64,000 nucleotides of DNA from Escherichia coli (GTDB lineage: Bacteria > Pseudomonadota > Gammaproteobacteria > Enterobacterales > Enterobacteriaceae). This document shows, piece by piece, positions 50,002 through 62,067 of the stretch (position 1 is its first letter; each line of letters begins with the position of its first letter). A program made the translations under genes and the position numbers. The stretch lies in NCBI RefSeq assembly GCF_024700885.2, contig NZ_CP117016.1. One strand, 5' to 3'. The notes beneath the pieces are model-generated. The model was not told where the DNA came from. It ran no database searches and saw only the letters and a program-made list of their open reading frames with translations.

Positions 50002-51459
50002 TTACTTCGCCGGAATTTCTTTCAGCAGTTCAGTCAGCAGTGTCCAGTAATGACCAACGCTTTCGATATGAACCTGCTCATCCGGAGAGTGCGGACCGGT
50101 GATGGTTGGCCCGATAGAAACCATGTCCATTTCCGGATACGGTTTTTTAAACAGACCACATTCCAGGCCCGCGTGGATAATCTGGATGTTCGGCGTCTTG
50201 TTGAACAGACGCTGATAGGTTTCACGCACCAGGTGCATCACCGGAGAATTAGCGTCCGGCTGCCAGCCTGGATACGCGCCTTTCGCTTCGGTTTTCGCGC
50301 CAGCCAGTTTACCCAGCGAATCCAGCATGCTCACCACGTAGTCTTTACCGCTGTCGATCAGAGAACGGATCAGGCAGTGAATTTCTACGTTATTGTCAGT
50401 CATGGTCACCACACCGACGTTCAGGGAGGTTTCGACCACACCTTTTGCCACGTCGGAGTTGCGGATCACACCGTTCGGGGTAGCGTTCAGCAGACGAATA
50501 AAGGTATCGCGAGATTTCGCAATCAGGGCAGCTTTATCGTTCGCAACAGAGTCCAGCAGCAATGCCAGATTTTTCTCTTTCTCTGCCAGCTCGTTTTTCA
50601 GGATCTCCTGATAGGTATTCACCAGAGATTTCAGTGCGTCGACTTTATCAGCTGCGACAGCAATCGTCGCAAAGGCTTCACGCGGGATGGCGTTACGCAG
50701 TGTGCCACCGTTGAAATCGATAAGGCGCAGGTCCAGCTCTTCCGCATGACCCGCCAGGAAGCGCACCAGCAGTTTGTTGGCATTACCCAGGCCAACGTGG
50801 ATTTCACCGCCGGAGTGACCGCCTTTCAGGCCTTTTAAGGTTAACTTGAAGGTTTCAAAGCCAGCTGGAACCGCTTCACGATCTAAATGCAGGTTGGAGG
50901 TAAAGTCGATACCCCCCGCGCAACCCATGTAGATTTCACCTTCCTCTTCGGAGTCGGTGTTAATCAGAATATCAGCCTGCAACCAGTTGCTCTGTAAGCC
51001 AAAAGCACCATCCATACCGGCTTCTTCGGTCATGGTCAGCAGCACTTCCAGCGGGCCGTGAACCACGTTTTCGTCAGCCAGAACCGCCAGCGCAGACGCC
51101 ATACCAATGCCGTTATCCGCACCCAGCGTGGTGCCGCGCGCTTTAACCCATTCGCCATCAATATAAGGCTGGATAGGATCTTTAGTGAAGTCATGCACAG
51201 TGTCGTTATTTTTCTGCGGCACCATATCGAGGTGGGCCTGCAAGACGACCGGTTTACGATTTTCCATACCTGCGGTAGCAGGTTTACGAATCAGGATATT
51301 ACCTACCTGATCGCGTTCGACATGGAAACCTTTCTCTTTTGCCCAACCAACAATGTATTCAGCGAGTTGCTCTTCATGATAGGACGGGTGAGGAATAGAA
51401 CAGATTTTGGCAAAAATATCCCACAGCGGCTGTGGAGATAATTGAGACAGTTCAGACAC
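50002..51459 (-). CDS. pepD: Aminoacyl-histidine dipeptidase PepD
   Basis: 485 aa, M20-family dipeptidase; MSELSQLSPQPLWDIFAKICSIPHPSYHEE. Confidence 0.95.
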   Translation of the reverse strand: MSELSQLSPQPLWDIFAKICSIPHPSYHEEQLAEYIVGWAKEKGFHVERDQVGNILIRKPATAGMENRKPVVLQAHLDMVPQKNNDTVHDFTKDPIQPYIDGEWVKARGTTLGADNGIGMASALAVLADENVVHGPLEVLLTMTEEAGMDGAFGLQSNWLQADILINTDSEEEGEIYMGCAGGIDFTSNLHLDREAVPAGFETFKLTLKGLKGGHSGGEIHVGLGNANKLLVRFLAGHAEELDLRLIDFNGGTLRNAIPREAFATIAVAADKVDALKSLVNTYQEILKNELAEKEKNLALLLDSVANDKAALIAKSRDTFIRLLNATPNGVIRNSDVAKGVVETSLNVGVVTMTDNNVEIHCLIRSLIDSGKDYVVSMLDSLGKLAGAKTEAKGAYPGWQPDANSPVMHLVRETYQRLFNKTPNIQIIHAGLECGLFKKPYPEMDMVSIGPTITGPHSPDEQVHIESVGHYWTLLTELLKEIPAK

Positions 51460-51719
51460 GTTAAGTCTCCTTGTCGATCACCCGCAAAACAGTATTGCAG
51501 GTCACAGGGTTAGCAGAAAATGTTGTCAACACAAGACAGGCTTGCGAGATATGTTTGAGAATACCACTTTATCCCGCGTCAGGGAGAGGCAGTGCGTAAA
51601 AAGACGCGGACTCATGTGAAATACTGGTTTTTAGTGCGCCAGATCTCTATAATCTCGCGCAACCTATTTTCCCCTCGAACACTTTTTAAGCCGTAGATAA
51701 ACAGGCTGGGACACTTCAC

Positions 51720-52178
51720 ATGAGCGAAAAATACATCGTCACCTGGGACATGTTGCAGATCCATGCACGTAAACTCGCAAGCCGACTGATGCCTTCTGAA
51801 CAATGGAAAGGCATTATTGCCGTAAGCCGTGGCGGTCTGGTACCGGGTGCGTTACTGGCGCGTGAACTGGGTATTCGTCATGTCGATACCGTTTGTATTT
51901 CCAGCTACGATCACGACAACCAGCGCGAGCTTAAAGTGCTGAAACGTGCAGAAGGCGATGGCGAAGGCTTCATCGTTATTGATGACCTGGTGGATACCGG
52001 TGGTACTGCGGTTGCGATTCGTGAAATGTATCCAAAAGCGCACTTTGTCACCATCTTCGCAAAACCGGCCGGTCGCCCGCTGGTTGATGATTATGTTGTT
52101 GATATCCCGCAAGATACCTGGATCGAACAGCCGTGGGATATGGGCGTCGTATTCGTCCCGCCAATCTCCGGTCGCTAA
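51720..52178 (+). CDS. gpt: Xanthine-guanine phosphoribosyltransferase
   Basis: 152 aa; PRPP-binding motif [14 protein letters not shown]. Confidence 0.95.
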
Positions 52179-52269
52179 TCTTTTCAACGCCTGGCACTGC
52201 CGGGCGTTGTTCTTTTTAACTTCAGGCAGGTTACAATAGTTTCCAGTAAGTATTCTGGAGGCTGCATCC

Positions 52270-53514
52270 ATGACACAGGCAAACCTGAGCGAAACCCTGT
52301 TCAAACCCCGCTTTAAACATCCTGAAACCTCGACGCTAGTTCGCCGCTTTAATCACGGCGCACAACCGCCTGTGCAGTCGGCCCTTGATGGTAAAACCAT
52401 CCCTCACTGGTATCGCATGATTAACCGTCTGATGTGGATCTGGCGCGGCATTGACCCACGTGAAATCCTCGACGTCCAGGCACGTATTGTGATGAGCGAT
52501 GCCGAACGTACCGACGATGATTTATACGATACGGTGATTGGCTACCGCGGCGGCAACTGGATTTATGAGTGGGCTACCCAGGCGATGGTGTGGCAACAAA
52601 AAGCCTGTGCGGAAGAAGATCCGCAACTCAGTGGTCGTCACTGGCTGCATGCGGCTACGTTGTACAACATTGCCGCCTATCCTCATCTGAAAGGAGATGA
52701 CCTGGCCGAGCAAGCGCAGGCTTTGTCAAACCGCGCCTATGAAGAGGCCGCCCAGCGTCTGCCGGGCACCATGCGGCAGATGGAGTTTACCGTACCCGGC
52801 GGTGCGCCCATCACCGGCTTTTTGCATATGCCGAAAGGGGATGGCCCGTTCCCGACAGTATTAATGTGTGGTGGTCTGGATGCGATGCAGACGGACTATT
52901 ACAGCCTGTATGAACGTTATTTTGCGCCGCGCGGCATTGCGATGCTGACTATTGATATGCCGTCGGTGGGCTTTTCTTCAAAATGGAAGCTCACCCAGGA
53001 CTCCAGCCTGTTGCATCAGCACGTCTTAAAGGCGCTGCCTAACGTACCGTGGGTAGATCACACTCGCGTCGCGGCCTTTGGTTTCCGTTTCGGCGCTAAC
53101 GTTGCCGTACGTCTGGCATACCTTGAATCGCCGCGTCTGAAAGCGGTTGCCTGTCTTGGTCCGGTAGTTCATACCCTGTTGAGTGATTTTAAGTGCCAGC
53201 AACAGGTGCCGGAAATGTATCTTGACGTTCTGGCGAGTCGTTTGGGGATGCATGATGCTTCCGACGAAGCGTTGCGCGTGGAGCTGAATCGCTATTCATT
53301 AAAAGTGCAAGGATTGCTGGGACGTCGCTGCCCAACGCCAATGTTATCAGGCTACTGGAAGAACGATCCGTTCAGCCCGGAAGAGGACTCACGCTTAATC
53401 ACCTCATCATCTGCTGACGGTAAATTATTAGAGATCCCATTTAACCCAGTGTATCGGAATTTTGACAAAGGTCTTCAGGAAATCACCGACTGGATCGAAA
53501 AACGATTGTGTTAA
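52270..53514 (+). CDS. frsA: Esterase FrsA (fermentation/respiration switch protein)
   Basis: 414 aa; alpha/beta-hydrolase fold. Confidence 0.9.
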
Positions 53515-53973
<459 letters not shown>

Positions 53974-53980
53974 GTGAAAT

Positions 53981-54005
53981 GTGCCGGATGCATCACATCC
54001 GGCAA
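53981..54005. terminator. Bidirectional hairpin between convergent crl and phoE
   Basis: Inverted repeat gccggatg ... catccggc between the two convergent stops. Confidence 0.5.
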
Positions 54006-54011
54006 TATCCA

Positions 54012-55073
54012 TTAAAACTGATAGGTCATGCCAACCGCGACAATATCATCATTATTGATGTTCAGCTTATTATCGCTATCCAGTTGGTTTATTTTATAAT
54101 CAACAAATGCCGACATATTTTTGTTGAAATAATACGTAGCACCAACATCGATATAATTGACCAGATCTTCATCACCGATGCCTTCAATATCTTTCCCTTT
54201 CGATAAGACATAACCCAGCGACGGACGTAGACCAAAGTCAAACTGGTATTGGGCGACCGCTTCAAAGTTCTGTGTCTTATTGGCAAAGCCGCCAGTTATT
54301 GGCGTCATTTTGCGTGTTTCAGAATAGAAAGTTGCCAGATAAATATTATTGGCATCGTATTTCAGACCTGTTGCCCATGCTTCTGCACGCTTGCCTGTGC
54401 CACGGCTTTGCAGGTTCTGCTCGTTGGTGCGATCAGAGTTGGTATAGGCTCCACTGATGGCGAAATCGCTGCCACCAAAGTCATATGTCAATGACGTGCC
54501 GAAGCCATCGCCGTTTTGCTTTTTAACGTCGCGGTTTTCGTTTTTCCCTTGATATTGCAGGGTTAAGTTCAGACCATCGATAACGCCGAAGAAGTCGGTG
54601 TTCCTATACGTCGCCAGACCGCTGGCACGTTTGGTCATAAAGTTGTCGGTCTGTGCGGAGGAGTCGCCACCAAATTCCGGGAACATATCGGTCCAGGCTT
54701 CCACGTCATACAGCGCGCCCAGGTTACGACCATAATCGAAAGAACCCAAATCTTTATATTTCAACCCGGCAAAAGCGAGACGTGTTTTTTGCTGTGCAGT
54801 ATCACTCTCTGCTTTATTACCGGCAAACTCTGCTTCCCAGCGACCATAACCGGTCAATTGATCGTTAATTTGTGTTTCGCCTTTAAAACCAAAACGGATA
54901 TAACTCTGGTCGCCATCTTTACTGTCATTATCACTCATATAATGCATGGCTTTAACTTTGCCATAGACATCCAGTTTATTACCGTCTTTGTTATATATTT
55001 CTGCGGCCTGTACGGATGCAGATGCCACAATGCCCATCACCACTAATGCCAGAGTGCTCTTTTTCATTTTCAT
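54012..55073 (-). CDS. phoE: Phosphate-starvation outer-membrane porin PhoE
   Basis: 353-aa ORF; signal peptide [20 protein letters not shown]; beta-barrel ending in F. Confidence 0.9.
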   Translation of the reverse strand: MKMKKSTLALVVMGIVASASVQAAEIYNKDGNKLDVYGKVKAMHYMSDNDSKDGDQSYIRFGFKGETQINDQLTGYGRWEAEFAGNKAESDTAQQKTRLAFAGLKYKDLGSFDYGRNLGALYDVEAWTDMFPEFGGDSSAQTDNFMTKRASGLATYRNTDFFGVIDGLNLTLQYQGKNENRDVKKQNGDGFGTSLTYDFGGSDFAISGAYTNSDRTNEQNLQSRGTGKRAEAWATGLKYDANNIYLATFYSETRKMTPITGGFANKTQNFEAVAQYQFDFGLRPSLGYVLSKGKDIEGIGDEDLVNYIDVGATYYFNKNMSAFVDYKINQLDSDNKLNINNDDIVAVGMTYQF

Positions 55074-55140
55074 TCCTGATTTTAATTAACGCGCGAATAT
55101 TCAGCGGGAGAGTCCCGTTGAAAACAGGAAAGTTTTTAAC

Positions 55141-55166
55141 CTGAGATTGTTAAAGATATATTACAG
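55141..55166 (-). promoter_or_regulatory. Candidate PhoB binding site (Pho box) upstream of phoE
   Basis: Minus-strand sequence ctgtaatatatctttaacaatctcag contains CTGTAAT-like repeats, ~70-95 nt upstream of the phoE start. Confidence 0.45.
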
Positions 55167-55354
55167 ATTAATAATATTCTTAAAATGTGGTAATTTATTA
55201 AATCTGTAATAAAAGCGTAAACAACTGCCGCTACGCTTGCTGATCCCGCGCAACAAAACGCCATGCTTTGCTCGCAGATGGTTGGCAACCGACGACAGTC
55301 CTGCTAAAACGTTCGTTTGATATCATTTTTCCTAAAATTGAATGGCAGAGAATC

Positions 55355-56458
55355 ATGAGTGACAGCCAGACGCTGGTGGTAAAACTCGGCACCAGTGTGC
55401 TAACAGGCGGATCGCGCCGTCTGAACCGTGCCCATATCGTTGAACTTGTTCGCCAGTGCGCGCAGTTACATGCCGCCGGGCATCGGATTGTTATTGTGAC
55501 GTCGGGCGCGATCGCCGCCGGACGTGAGCACCTGGGTTACCCGGAACTGCCAGCGACTATCGCCTCGAAACAACTGCTGGCGGCGGTAGGGCAGAGTCGA
55601 CTGATTCAACTGTGGGAACAGCTGTTTTCTATTTATGGCATTCACGTCGGGCAAATGCTGCTGACCCGTGCTGATATGGAAGACCGTGAACGCTTCCTGA
55701 ACGCCCGCGACACCCTGCGTGCGTTGCTCGATAACAATATCGTTCCGGTAATCAATGAGAACGATGCTGTCGCTACTGCAGAGATTAAGGTCGGCGATAA
55801 CGACAATCTTTCTGCGCTGGCGGCGATTCTGGCGGGTGCCGATAAACTGTTGCTGCTGACCGATCAAAAAGGTTTGTATACCGCTGACCCGCGCAGCAAT
55901 CCGCAGGCAGAACTGATTAAAGATGTTTACGGCATTGATGACGCACTGCGCGCGATTGCTGGCGACAGCGTTTCAGGCCTCGGAACTGGCGGCATGAGTA
56001 CCAAATTGCAGGCCGCAGACGTGGCTTGCCGTGCGGGTATCGACACCATTATTGCCGCGGGCAGCAAGCCGGGCGTTATTGGTGATGTGATGGAAGGCAT
56101 TTCCGTCGGTACGCTGTTCCATGCCCAGGCGACTCCGCTTGAAAACCGTAAACGCTGGATTTTCGGTGCACCACCTGCGGGTGAAATCACGGTAGATGAA
56201 GGGGCAACCGCCGCCATTCTTGAACGCGGCAGCTCCCTGTTGCCGAAAGGCATTAAGAGCGTAACTGGCAATTTCTCGCGTGGTGAAGTCATCCGCATTT
56301 GCAACCTCGAAGGTCGCGATATCGCCCACGGCGTCAGTCGTTACAACAGCGATGCATTACGCCGCATTGCCGGACACCACTCGCAAGAAATTGATGCAAT
56401 ACTGGGATATGAATATGGCCCGGTTGCCGTTCACCGTGATGACATGATTACCCGTTAA
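55355..56458 (+). CDS. proB: Glutamate 5-kinase
   Basis: 367 aa from [19 protein letters not shown] (track ORF begins upstream at 55268). Confidence 0.95.
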
Positions 56459-56469
56459 GGAGCAGGCTG

Positions 56470-57723
56470 ATGCTGGAACAAATGGGCATTGCCGCGAAGC
56501 AAGCCTCGTATAAATTAGCGCAACTCTCCAGCCGCGAAAAAAATCGCGTGCTGGAAAAAATCGCCGATGAACTGGAAGCACAGAGCGAAATCATCCTCAA
56601 CGCTAACGCCCAGGATGTTGCTGACGCGCGTGCCAATGGCCTTAGCGAAGCGATGATTGACCGTCTGGCACTGACGCCCGCACGGCTGAAAGGCATTGCC
56701 GATGATGTGCGCCAGGTGTGCAACCTCGCCGATCCGGTGGGGCAGGTAATCGATGGTGGCGTGCTGGACAGTGGCCTGCGTCTGGAGCGCCGTCGCGTGC
56801 CGCTGGGTGTGATTGGCGTGATTTATGAAGCGCGGCCGAACGTGACGGTTGATGTCGCTTCGCTGTGCCTGAAAACCGGTAACGCAGTGATCCTGCGTGG
56901 TGGCAAAGAAACCTGTCGCACTAACGCTGCAACGGTGGCGGTGATTCAGGACGCCCTGAAATCCTGCGATTTACCGGCAGGCGCAGTACAAGCGATTGAT
57001 AATCCTGACCGCGCGCTGGTCAGTGAAATGCTGCGTATGGATAAATACATCGACATGCTGATCCCGCGTGGTGGCGCTGGCCTGCATAAACTGTGCCGCG
57101 AACAGTCGACGATCCCGGTGATCACAGGTGGTATAGGCGTATGCCATATTTATGTTGATGAAAGTGCAGAGATCGCTGAAGCCCTGAAAGTAATCGTCAA
57201 CGCGAAAACCCAGCGTCCGAGCACATGTAATACGGTTGAAACGTTGCTGGTGAATAAAAACATCGCCGATAGCTTCCTGCCTGTGTTAAGCAAACAGATG
57301 GCTGAAAGCGGTGTGACGTTACACGCCGATGCTACCGCACTGACGCAATTGCAGGCAGGTCCCGCGAAGGTGGTTGCTGTTAAAGCTGAAGAGTATGACG
57401 ATGAGTTTCTGTCATTAGATTTGAACGTCAAAATCGTCAGCGATCTTGACGATGCCATCGCCCATATTCGTGAACACGGCACACAACACTCCGATGCGAT
57501 CCTGACCCGCGATATGCGCAACGCCCAGCGTTTTGTTAATGAAGTAGATTCATCCGCTGTTTACGTTAACGCCTCTACGCGTTTTACCGACGGCGGCCAG
57601 TTTGGACTGGGCGCGGAAGTGGCGGTAAGCACACAAAAACTCCACGCGCGTGGCCCAATGGGGCTGGAAGCGCTGACCACTTACAAGTGGATCGGCATTG
57701 GTGATTACACCATTCGTGCGTAA
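56470..57723 (+). CDS. proA: Gamma-glutamyl phosphate reductase
   Basis: 417 aa; follows proB by 11 nt. Confidence 0.95.
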   Translation: MLEQMGIAAKQASYKLAQLSSREKNRVLEKIADELEAQSEIILNANAQDVADARANGLSEAMIDRLALTPARLKGIADDVRQVCNLADPVGQVIDGGVLDSGLRLERRRVPLGVIGVIYEARPNVTVDVASLCLKTGNAVILRGGKETCRTNAATVAVIQDALKSCDLPAGAVQAIDNPDRALVSEMLRMDKYIDMLIPRGGAGLHKLCREQSTIPVITGGIGVCHIYVDESAEIAEALKVIVNAKTQRPSTCNTVETLLVNKNIADSFLPVLSKQMAESGVTLHADATALTQLQAGPAKVVAVKAEEYDDEFLSLDLNVKIVSDLDDAIAHIREHGTQHSDAILTRDMRNAQRFVNEVDSSAVYVNASTRFTDGGQFGLGAEVAVSTQKLHARGPMGLEALTTYKWIGIGDYTIRA

Positions 57724-57837
57724 ATAAAACCGGGTGATGCAAAAGTAGCCATTTGATTCACAAGGCCATTGACGCATCGCCCGGTTAGTTTTAACCTTGT
57801 CCACCGTGATTCACGTTCGTGAACATGTCCTTTCAGG

Positions 57838-57913
57838 GCCGATATAGCTCAGTTGGTAGAGCAGCGCATTCGTAATGCGAAGGTCGTAGGTTCGACTCCT
57901 ATTATCGGCACCA
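57838..57913 (+). tRNA. thrW: tRNA-Thr (anticodon CGU)
   Basis: 76-nt sequence gccgatatagctcagttggtagagcagcgcattcgtaatgcg...ggttcgactcctattatcggcacca with cloverleaf features and CGT in the anticodon loop. Confidence 0.9.
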
Positions 57914-58008
57914 TCACCTAGTTTTCCCAAGTCAACCCACATCAACAAAATCATTTAAAAACATATATATTACGTTGTTTTCATACGTTTGAGGTCAACC
58001 CTTGTCTC

Positions 58009-59268
58009 TTGAAATCAACACGCGGTTGGGGGCACAATCAGGGGCATGTTCTGTTCGGTCTAGGAAATGTGCCCCCAATGATGCTGAATGCCCGCAAGGT
58101 TGAAGCTGCGAAAGGAAAAGAGAAGAGCTACAAGCTGTTTGATGGAGGTGGCCTATATCTTCAGGTCGAACCTAATGGCTCGCGTTACTGGCGTATGAAA
58201 TACCGTTTTGCTGGTAAAGAGAAACGATTGTCCTTTGGTGTTTATCCAACAGTCACACTTGCTGATGCCAGACAAAAACGAGAAGACGCGAAGAAACTAC
58301 TCGCAGCAGGTGAAGATCCCGGCGAAGTCAAAAAAGCCAAAAAGCAGGCTTTAAATGCAGCGATTGAGACACTTAACCCATTCAGAGAAGTGGCGTTAGA
58401 GTGGCACAAAATGAAATCACCCAAATGGTCTGAGGGCTATGCTTCCGACATCATTGAGGCATTCGAGAAAGACATTTTCCCGCATATTGGGCACAGACCT
58501 ATAGCTGATATTCAGCCCCTTGAACTGCTTGAAGTTCTGAGATTGATAGAAGCTCGAGGCGCTATGGAGAAAGCGAAGAAAGTCCGTCAGCGATGCGGTG
58601 AAGTTTTTCGCTATGCCATCGTAACGGGTAGGGCAATCTACAATCCGGCACCGGATCTTGCCAGTGCGATGCAAGGACATGAAGCAGTCCACTATCCATT
58701 CCTCAAAGCCAACGAACTACCGGAGTTCTTTAATGCCCTTAATTCTTATTCAGGAAGTCCAATTGTATTGTTGGGGGCGCATTTACTTATCCTGACAGGT
58801 CTACGAACTGGAGAACTACGAGCAGGTGAGTGGCGAGAGGTGGATTTTGATAATGCGGTGTGGGAGATCCCAAAAGAACGTATGAAAATGCGTAGGAGCC
58901 ATATTGTCCCGTTGTCAAAACAAGCATTATCCCATCTCAAAAGTTTGAAAGAACTAACTGGGAACTACCCGCTGATGTTCCCTGGACGCAACGATCCTAG
59001 CAAATTTATGAGTGAAGCAAGCATTAATCAGGTGTTTAAACGTATTGGATATGCAGGGCGTGTTACGGGGCATGGTTTCAGGCATACGATGAGTACAATC
59101 CTACATGAGAAAGGATTTAACAGCGCTTGGATTGAAACCCAGCTTGCTCATTCGGACAAAAACTCTATTCGTGGAATTTATAACCATGCCCAATATCTCG
59201 AAGGGAGAAGAGAAATGATGCAATGGTATGCTAATTATTTATCTGAGCTAATTGGTACTCATAAATGA
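58009..59268 (+). CDS. int: P4-type tyrosine integrase
   Basis: 419 aa; N-terminal arm-binding region (LFDGGGLYLQVEPNGSRYWRMKYRFAGKEKRLSFGVYP), C-terminal catalytic region (HGFRHT...YNHAQY); starts 95 nt after the tRNA. Confidence 0.9.
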   Translation: MKSTRGWGHNQGHVLFGLGNVPPMMLNARKVEAAKGKEKSYKLFDGGGLYLQVEPNGSRYWRMKYRFAGKEKRLSFGVYPTVTLADARQKREDAKKLLAAGEDPGEVKKAKKQALNAAIETLNPFREVALEWHKMKSPKWSEGYASDIIEAFEKDIFPHIGHRPIADIQPLELLEVLRLIEARGAMEKAKKVRQRCGEVFRYAIVTGRAIYNPAPDLASAMQGHEAVHYPFLKANELPEFFNALNSYSGSPIVLLGAHLLILTGLRTGELRAGEWREVDFDNAVWEIPKERMKMRRSHIVPLSKQALSHLKSLKELTGNYPLMFPGRNDPSKFMSEASINQVFKRIGYAGRVTGHGFRHTMSTILHEKGFNSAWIETQLAHSDKNSIRGIYNHAQYLEGRREMMQWYANYLSELIGTHK

Positions 59269-60089
59269 ATATTTTAAAAATTAATAATACTGATTCTCTG
59301 CTCAGAGATTACTACCAGTTGGATGAAGCTTCAGAAAAAATTGGTTGTAGTGAAAAGGATATACTCTGGTTTGCCAGAGAACGAGATGTAGAGCTATGCA
59401 TGGAATTCCATGATGATGAGTATGATGTTTCATGTGGTTTGAAGATTGATGGTCAAATGGATGAGTTCTTATCTAATCTGAAATATTTACCACGAGATAG
59501 AAATGGCAATATTATGTTGTCAGACTTAAGTTCTATAAGAATCCCTGATGAAGATAATTTAATTGATAAAAATGGTTTTATTCGATGTTTCATATCCGGT
59601 TTATGGGCTGTTGATTATGAATATAAAGATCTGTTAGTTAAGCATGAGGGGCAACCGGATTCCTGGCCTATTCATTTTCTACTGGCGGGTACGCCTAATA
59701 TAAATTGTAAGGTAATTCTTTATGTAAATTATGATGAAAAAGAAAATTATTATCTTTTTGAGGTTTTGTGGATTACAAAGGTACAGATTCAAAAATTCAT
59801 TGATATAGTCTTATGCGAACAAAAGCGGATAAAAAACGCCAATAAATATAAATCACAATCTGAGGCGCAAAAACAAAAACATGCTGTTCCTCGAGCTGAA
59901 ATACTCATGGCTATTATTTCGCTCTATCATCGTGATATGAGGCTAAGAAGAGAGAGTCCAGCAGCGATAGCTGATTATCTTTTTCAACATGCCAGTGAGT
60001 TCTGGCCTAAGACCGGAGAACCGCCTTTGAGCTATGATACTGTTGTTAGTTTGCTACGTAGTTGCATGAAAAACACTAAGTTTAACTAA
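59265..60089 (+). CDS. Hypothetical island cargo protein, AT-rich
   Basis: 274-aa ORF whose ATG overlaps the integrase stop (ATGA); N-terminal segment DYYQLDEASEKIGCSEKDILWFARE may be an excisionase-like HTH; the rest shows no motif I recognise. Confidence 0.55.
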   Translation: MNILKINNTDSLLRDYYQLDEASEKIGCSEKDILWFARERDVELCMEFHDDEYDVSCGLKIDGQMDEFLSNLKYLPRDRNGNIMLSDLSSIRIPDEDNLIDKNGFIRCFISGLWAVDYEYKDLLVKHEGQPDSWPIHFLLAGTPNINCKVILYVNYDEKENYYLFEVLWITKVQIQKFIDIVLCEQKRIKNANKYKSQSEAQKQKHAVPRAEILMAIISLYHRDMRLRRESPAAIADYLFQHASEFWPKTGEPPLSYDTVVSLLRSCMKNTKFN

Positions 60090-60214
60090 ATATTAACAAT
60101 TATTGTGGCTAATGATTTTGGATTTTTTTCATTAGTCACATTTTTCTCATTTATAACCTATGTTTTAATTTTCCGTGTTGAAGCCAATAGACTTAGATAA
60201 ACGGAGAATGATGA

Positions 60215-60421
60215 ATGTTATCTAAACATGATAATACTACTTTGCAACGACCTTCAATGGATTCTCTGATCGATATGAAGTTTATTACTTCCGATTGTTT
60301 ATTAAGTGATAAATGGATTTATCGATTGATTTCTCTGAATCGCTTTCCAAAACCTATAAAAATAGGTCGGATGTCACGATGGCGCGCTGCTGATTATTAT
60401 AAGTGGCGAGATGGGTTTTAA
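60215..60421 (+). CDS. alpA: AlpA-family phage transcriptional regulator
   Basis: 68 aa; HTH pattern (YRLISLNRFPKPIKIGRMSRWRAADYYKW). Confidence 0.6.
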   Translation: MLSKHDNTTLQRPSMDSLIDMKFITSDCLLSDKWIYRLISLNRFPKPIKIGRMSRWRAADYYKWRDGF

Positions 60422-60537
60422 GAAAACTCAGGTCAACATTTTGAGGGAATGAGAAATAAGGCAAGAGCAATTAATAAAGGGAATAGATTATCACCTACTC
60501 CCTAAGCCTTAATTGATAGTTAGTAATATTTAACTGA

Positions 60538-60711
60538 TTAGCCTTTAGGGTCAATCCCGCGTGATTGGAGTTCTTTGCGTAAAATTCTTTTAATCCAAGT
60601 TGCCAACGCGCTATCTCCATCTTTGCGCATTTCGTTTTCGAGTTGCAACCTAAAATCGTCGGTAAGACGCATTTGGAATGGTGGAGAACGTTTCTCTTGT
60701 GGTGTTGACAT
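60538..60711 (-). CDS. Small basic protein, possible ribbon-helix-helix regulator
   Basis: 57-aa minus-strand ORF (MSTPQEKRSPPFQMRLTDDFRLQLENEMRKDGDSALATWIKRILRKELQSRGIDPKG); below the track's length cutoff. Confidence 0.3.
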   Translation of the reverse strand: MSTPQEKRSPPFQMRLTDDFRLQLENEMRKDGDSALATWIKRILRKELQSRGIDPKG

Positions 60712-61011
60712 GGTAATTACCCTAGAATATGATGACTACATGGTAATTACCATTGTAAGTATAGTTCGCTTGTAAAAGCAATGCCCGATTGTGCGGGAAC
60801 ACAAATCGGGCATTTAACCAACCGTTATAAGAGGTAACGAAGATGGCTAAACAGAAGTGTACTTGGTTATTTGCGGCGATCAACCGCAGTCAACGCAATG
60901 CCCGTCCTGTGATGTTAAGGATCACCGCAGATAACGAGCGGTCAGCGCGGCGCAGACTTGCCCCGGACTATGTACTGAGCTTTGCCGGGCGCATTCCCTG
61001 CGGAGGTGAAC

Positions 61012-61371
61012 ATGCGTAATTATCCGCACCCCGGCGAACGCTGGCAGCATGAACGTGGCTGGACGGTCACGATTATCCGATTAATAGAAGCATCGCCCTC
61101 TGTGGCACTGGTTAATCCTGAATTCAGCTGTGAAGTGCTGATACGTCATGACAGCGACAACCAGCTTTCTTCCTGCCCTCTGGCATGGTTTGAACAGCGG
61201 TATACGCGCCTGTTTGATGTACCGCTCTTTAAGCCTGCACCAGCTCCTGCAGGCGGTAGTGGTTCCGGCCCGCTGACACTGCATCCGTCTGTGCTATTTA
61301 TCCGCTGGCGGGAGCGTAGCATATGGCGTTCTGCTGAGCCTGACGACGGTCACTATTCAAAGTTTCTCTGA
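61012..61371 (+). CDS. Hypothetical protein, island
   Basis: Track ORF 60982..61371; likely start MRNYPHPGERWQ preceded by RBS ggaggtg. Confidence 0.4.
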   Translation: MRNYPHPGERWQHERGWTVTIIRLIEASPSVALVNPEFSCEVLIRHDSDNQLSSCPLAWFEQRYTRLFDVPLFKPAPAPAGGSGSGPLTLHPSVLFIRWRERSIWRSAEPDDGHYSKFL

Positions 61372-61402
61372 CAAAATACCGCTGAAAACGGAGTAATCCA
61401 CG

Positions 61403-61687
61403 ATGAATATTTCAAACGGGCACAACGGTGCTCAGGGCCACACTTTGCCTGAAAAACACAATACCGGTGCTTTTGCCTATGGGTTGTCAGAGGACAGTTT
61501 CGGAAAGCTGACCCGCGCAAGAAATGCCTGCGACATGCTCCAGCTTCTCTTTTCTGAATACCCGTCTCAGGCCGGAGCACTGGACGCTGGCTGTGCGCAT
61601 GGTGTCGCCGCGCTGATGGAGTACCTGCTGGCAGATTTGACGGATATTGCACACAGCTGCGCACTGATTGAAGGAGGTGCCAGATGA
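61403..61687 (+). CDS. Hypothetical protein, island
   Basis: 94-aa ORF; its stop overlaps the next ORF's start. Confidence 0.4.
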   Translation: MNISNGHNGAQGHTLPEKHNTGAFAYGLSEDSFGKLTRARNACDMLQLLFSEYPSQAGALDAGCAHGVAALMEYLLADLTDIAHSCALIEGGAR

Positions 61688-62067
61688 ACCAGCCGCAGGT
61701 TTCCATTTTCCCGGCAGAAATGACCACCGCGCTTTACCGGCGGGCTATTGCTTCAGCATGGCGGCAGAAAATGCTGAACGAAACTGGCAGTGATCAGTAT
61801 GGTCCGCACAGCCTGACGGTGGAGCGTATTGAAATGGCCATTGCGCTGCATATCGAGTGCGTACTGATTAACGAGTACGGCGAAGTGCAGGGCGCCGCTG
61901 CCGCGCTGGCACTGCTGACTGACATGCTGGAGCCGTCACTGCTGACCGCGCCGCCGGTACTGACCGCGCGCGGCTGTGAAGTGATGGCGGAGATGTACCG
62001 CACGCTTCCGGCGGCCTTTGATGACTTCTGCAGTACCGGTGTGACGTTGTATGAGGGGGAAGTATGA
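61684..62067 (+). CDS. Hypothetical protein, island
   Basis: 127-aa ORF; its stop overlaps the primase start (ATGA). Confidence 0.4.
   Translation: MNQPQVSIFPAEMTTALYRRAIASAWRQKMLNETGSDQYGPHSLTVERIEMAIALHIECVLINEYGEVQGAAAALALLTDMLEPSLLTAPPVLTARGCEVMAEMYRTLPAAFDDFCSTGVTLYEGEV

Noticed and set aside
50050-50838. Plus-strand 262-aa ORF opposite pepD
   Set aside because: Antisense to the PepD coding sequence, which is a clear match on the minus strand.
60575-60775. Plus-strand 66-aa ORF between alpA and the next island gene
   Set aside because: Overlaps a more plausible minus-strand small basic ORF (60538..60711); hydrophobic, low-complexity translation; not called.
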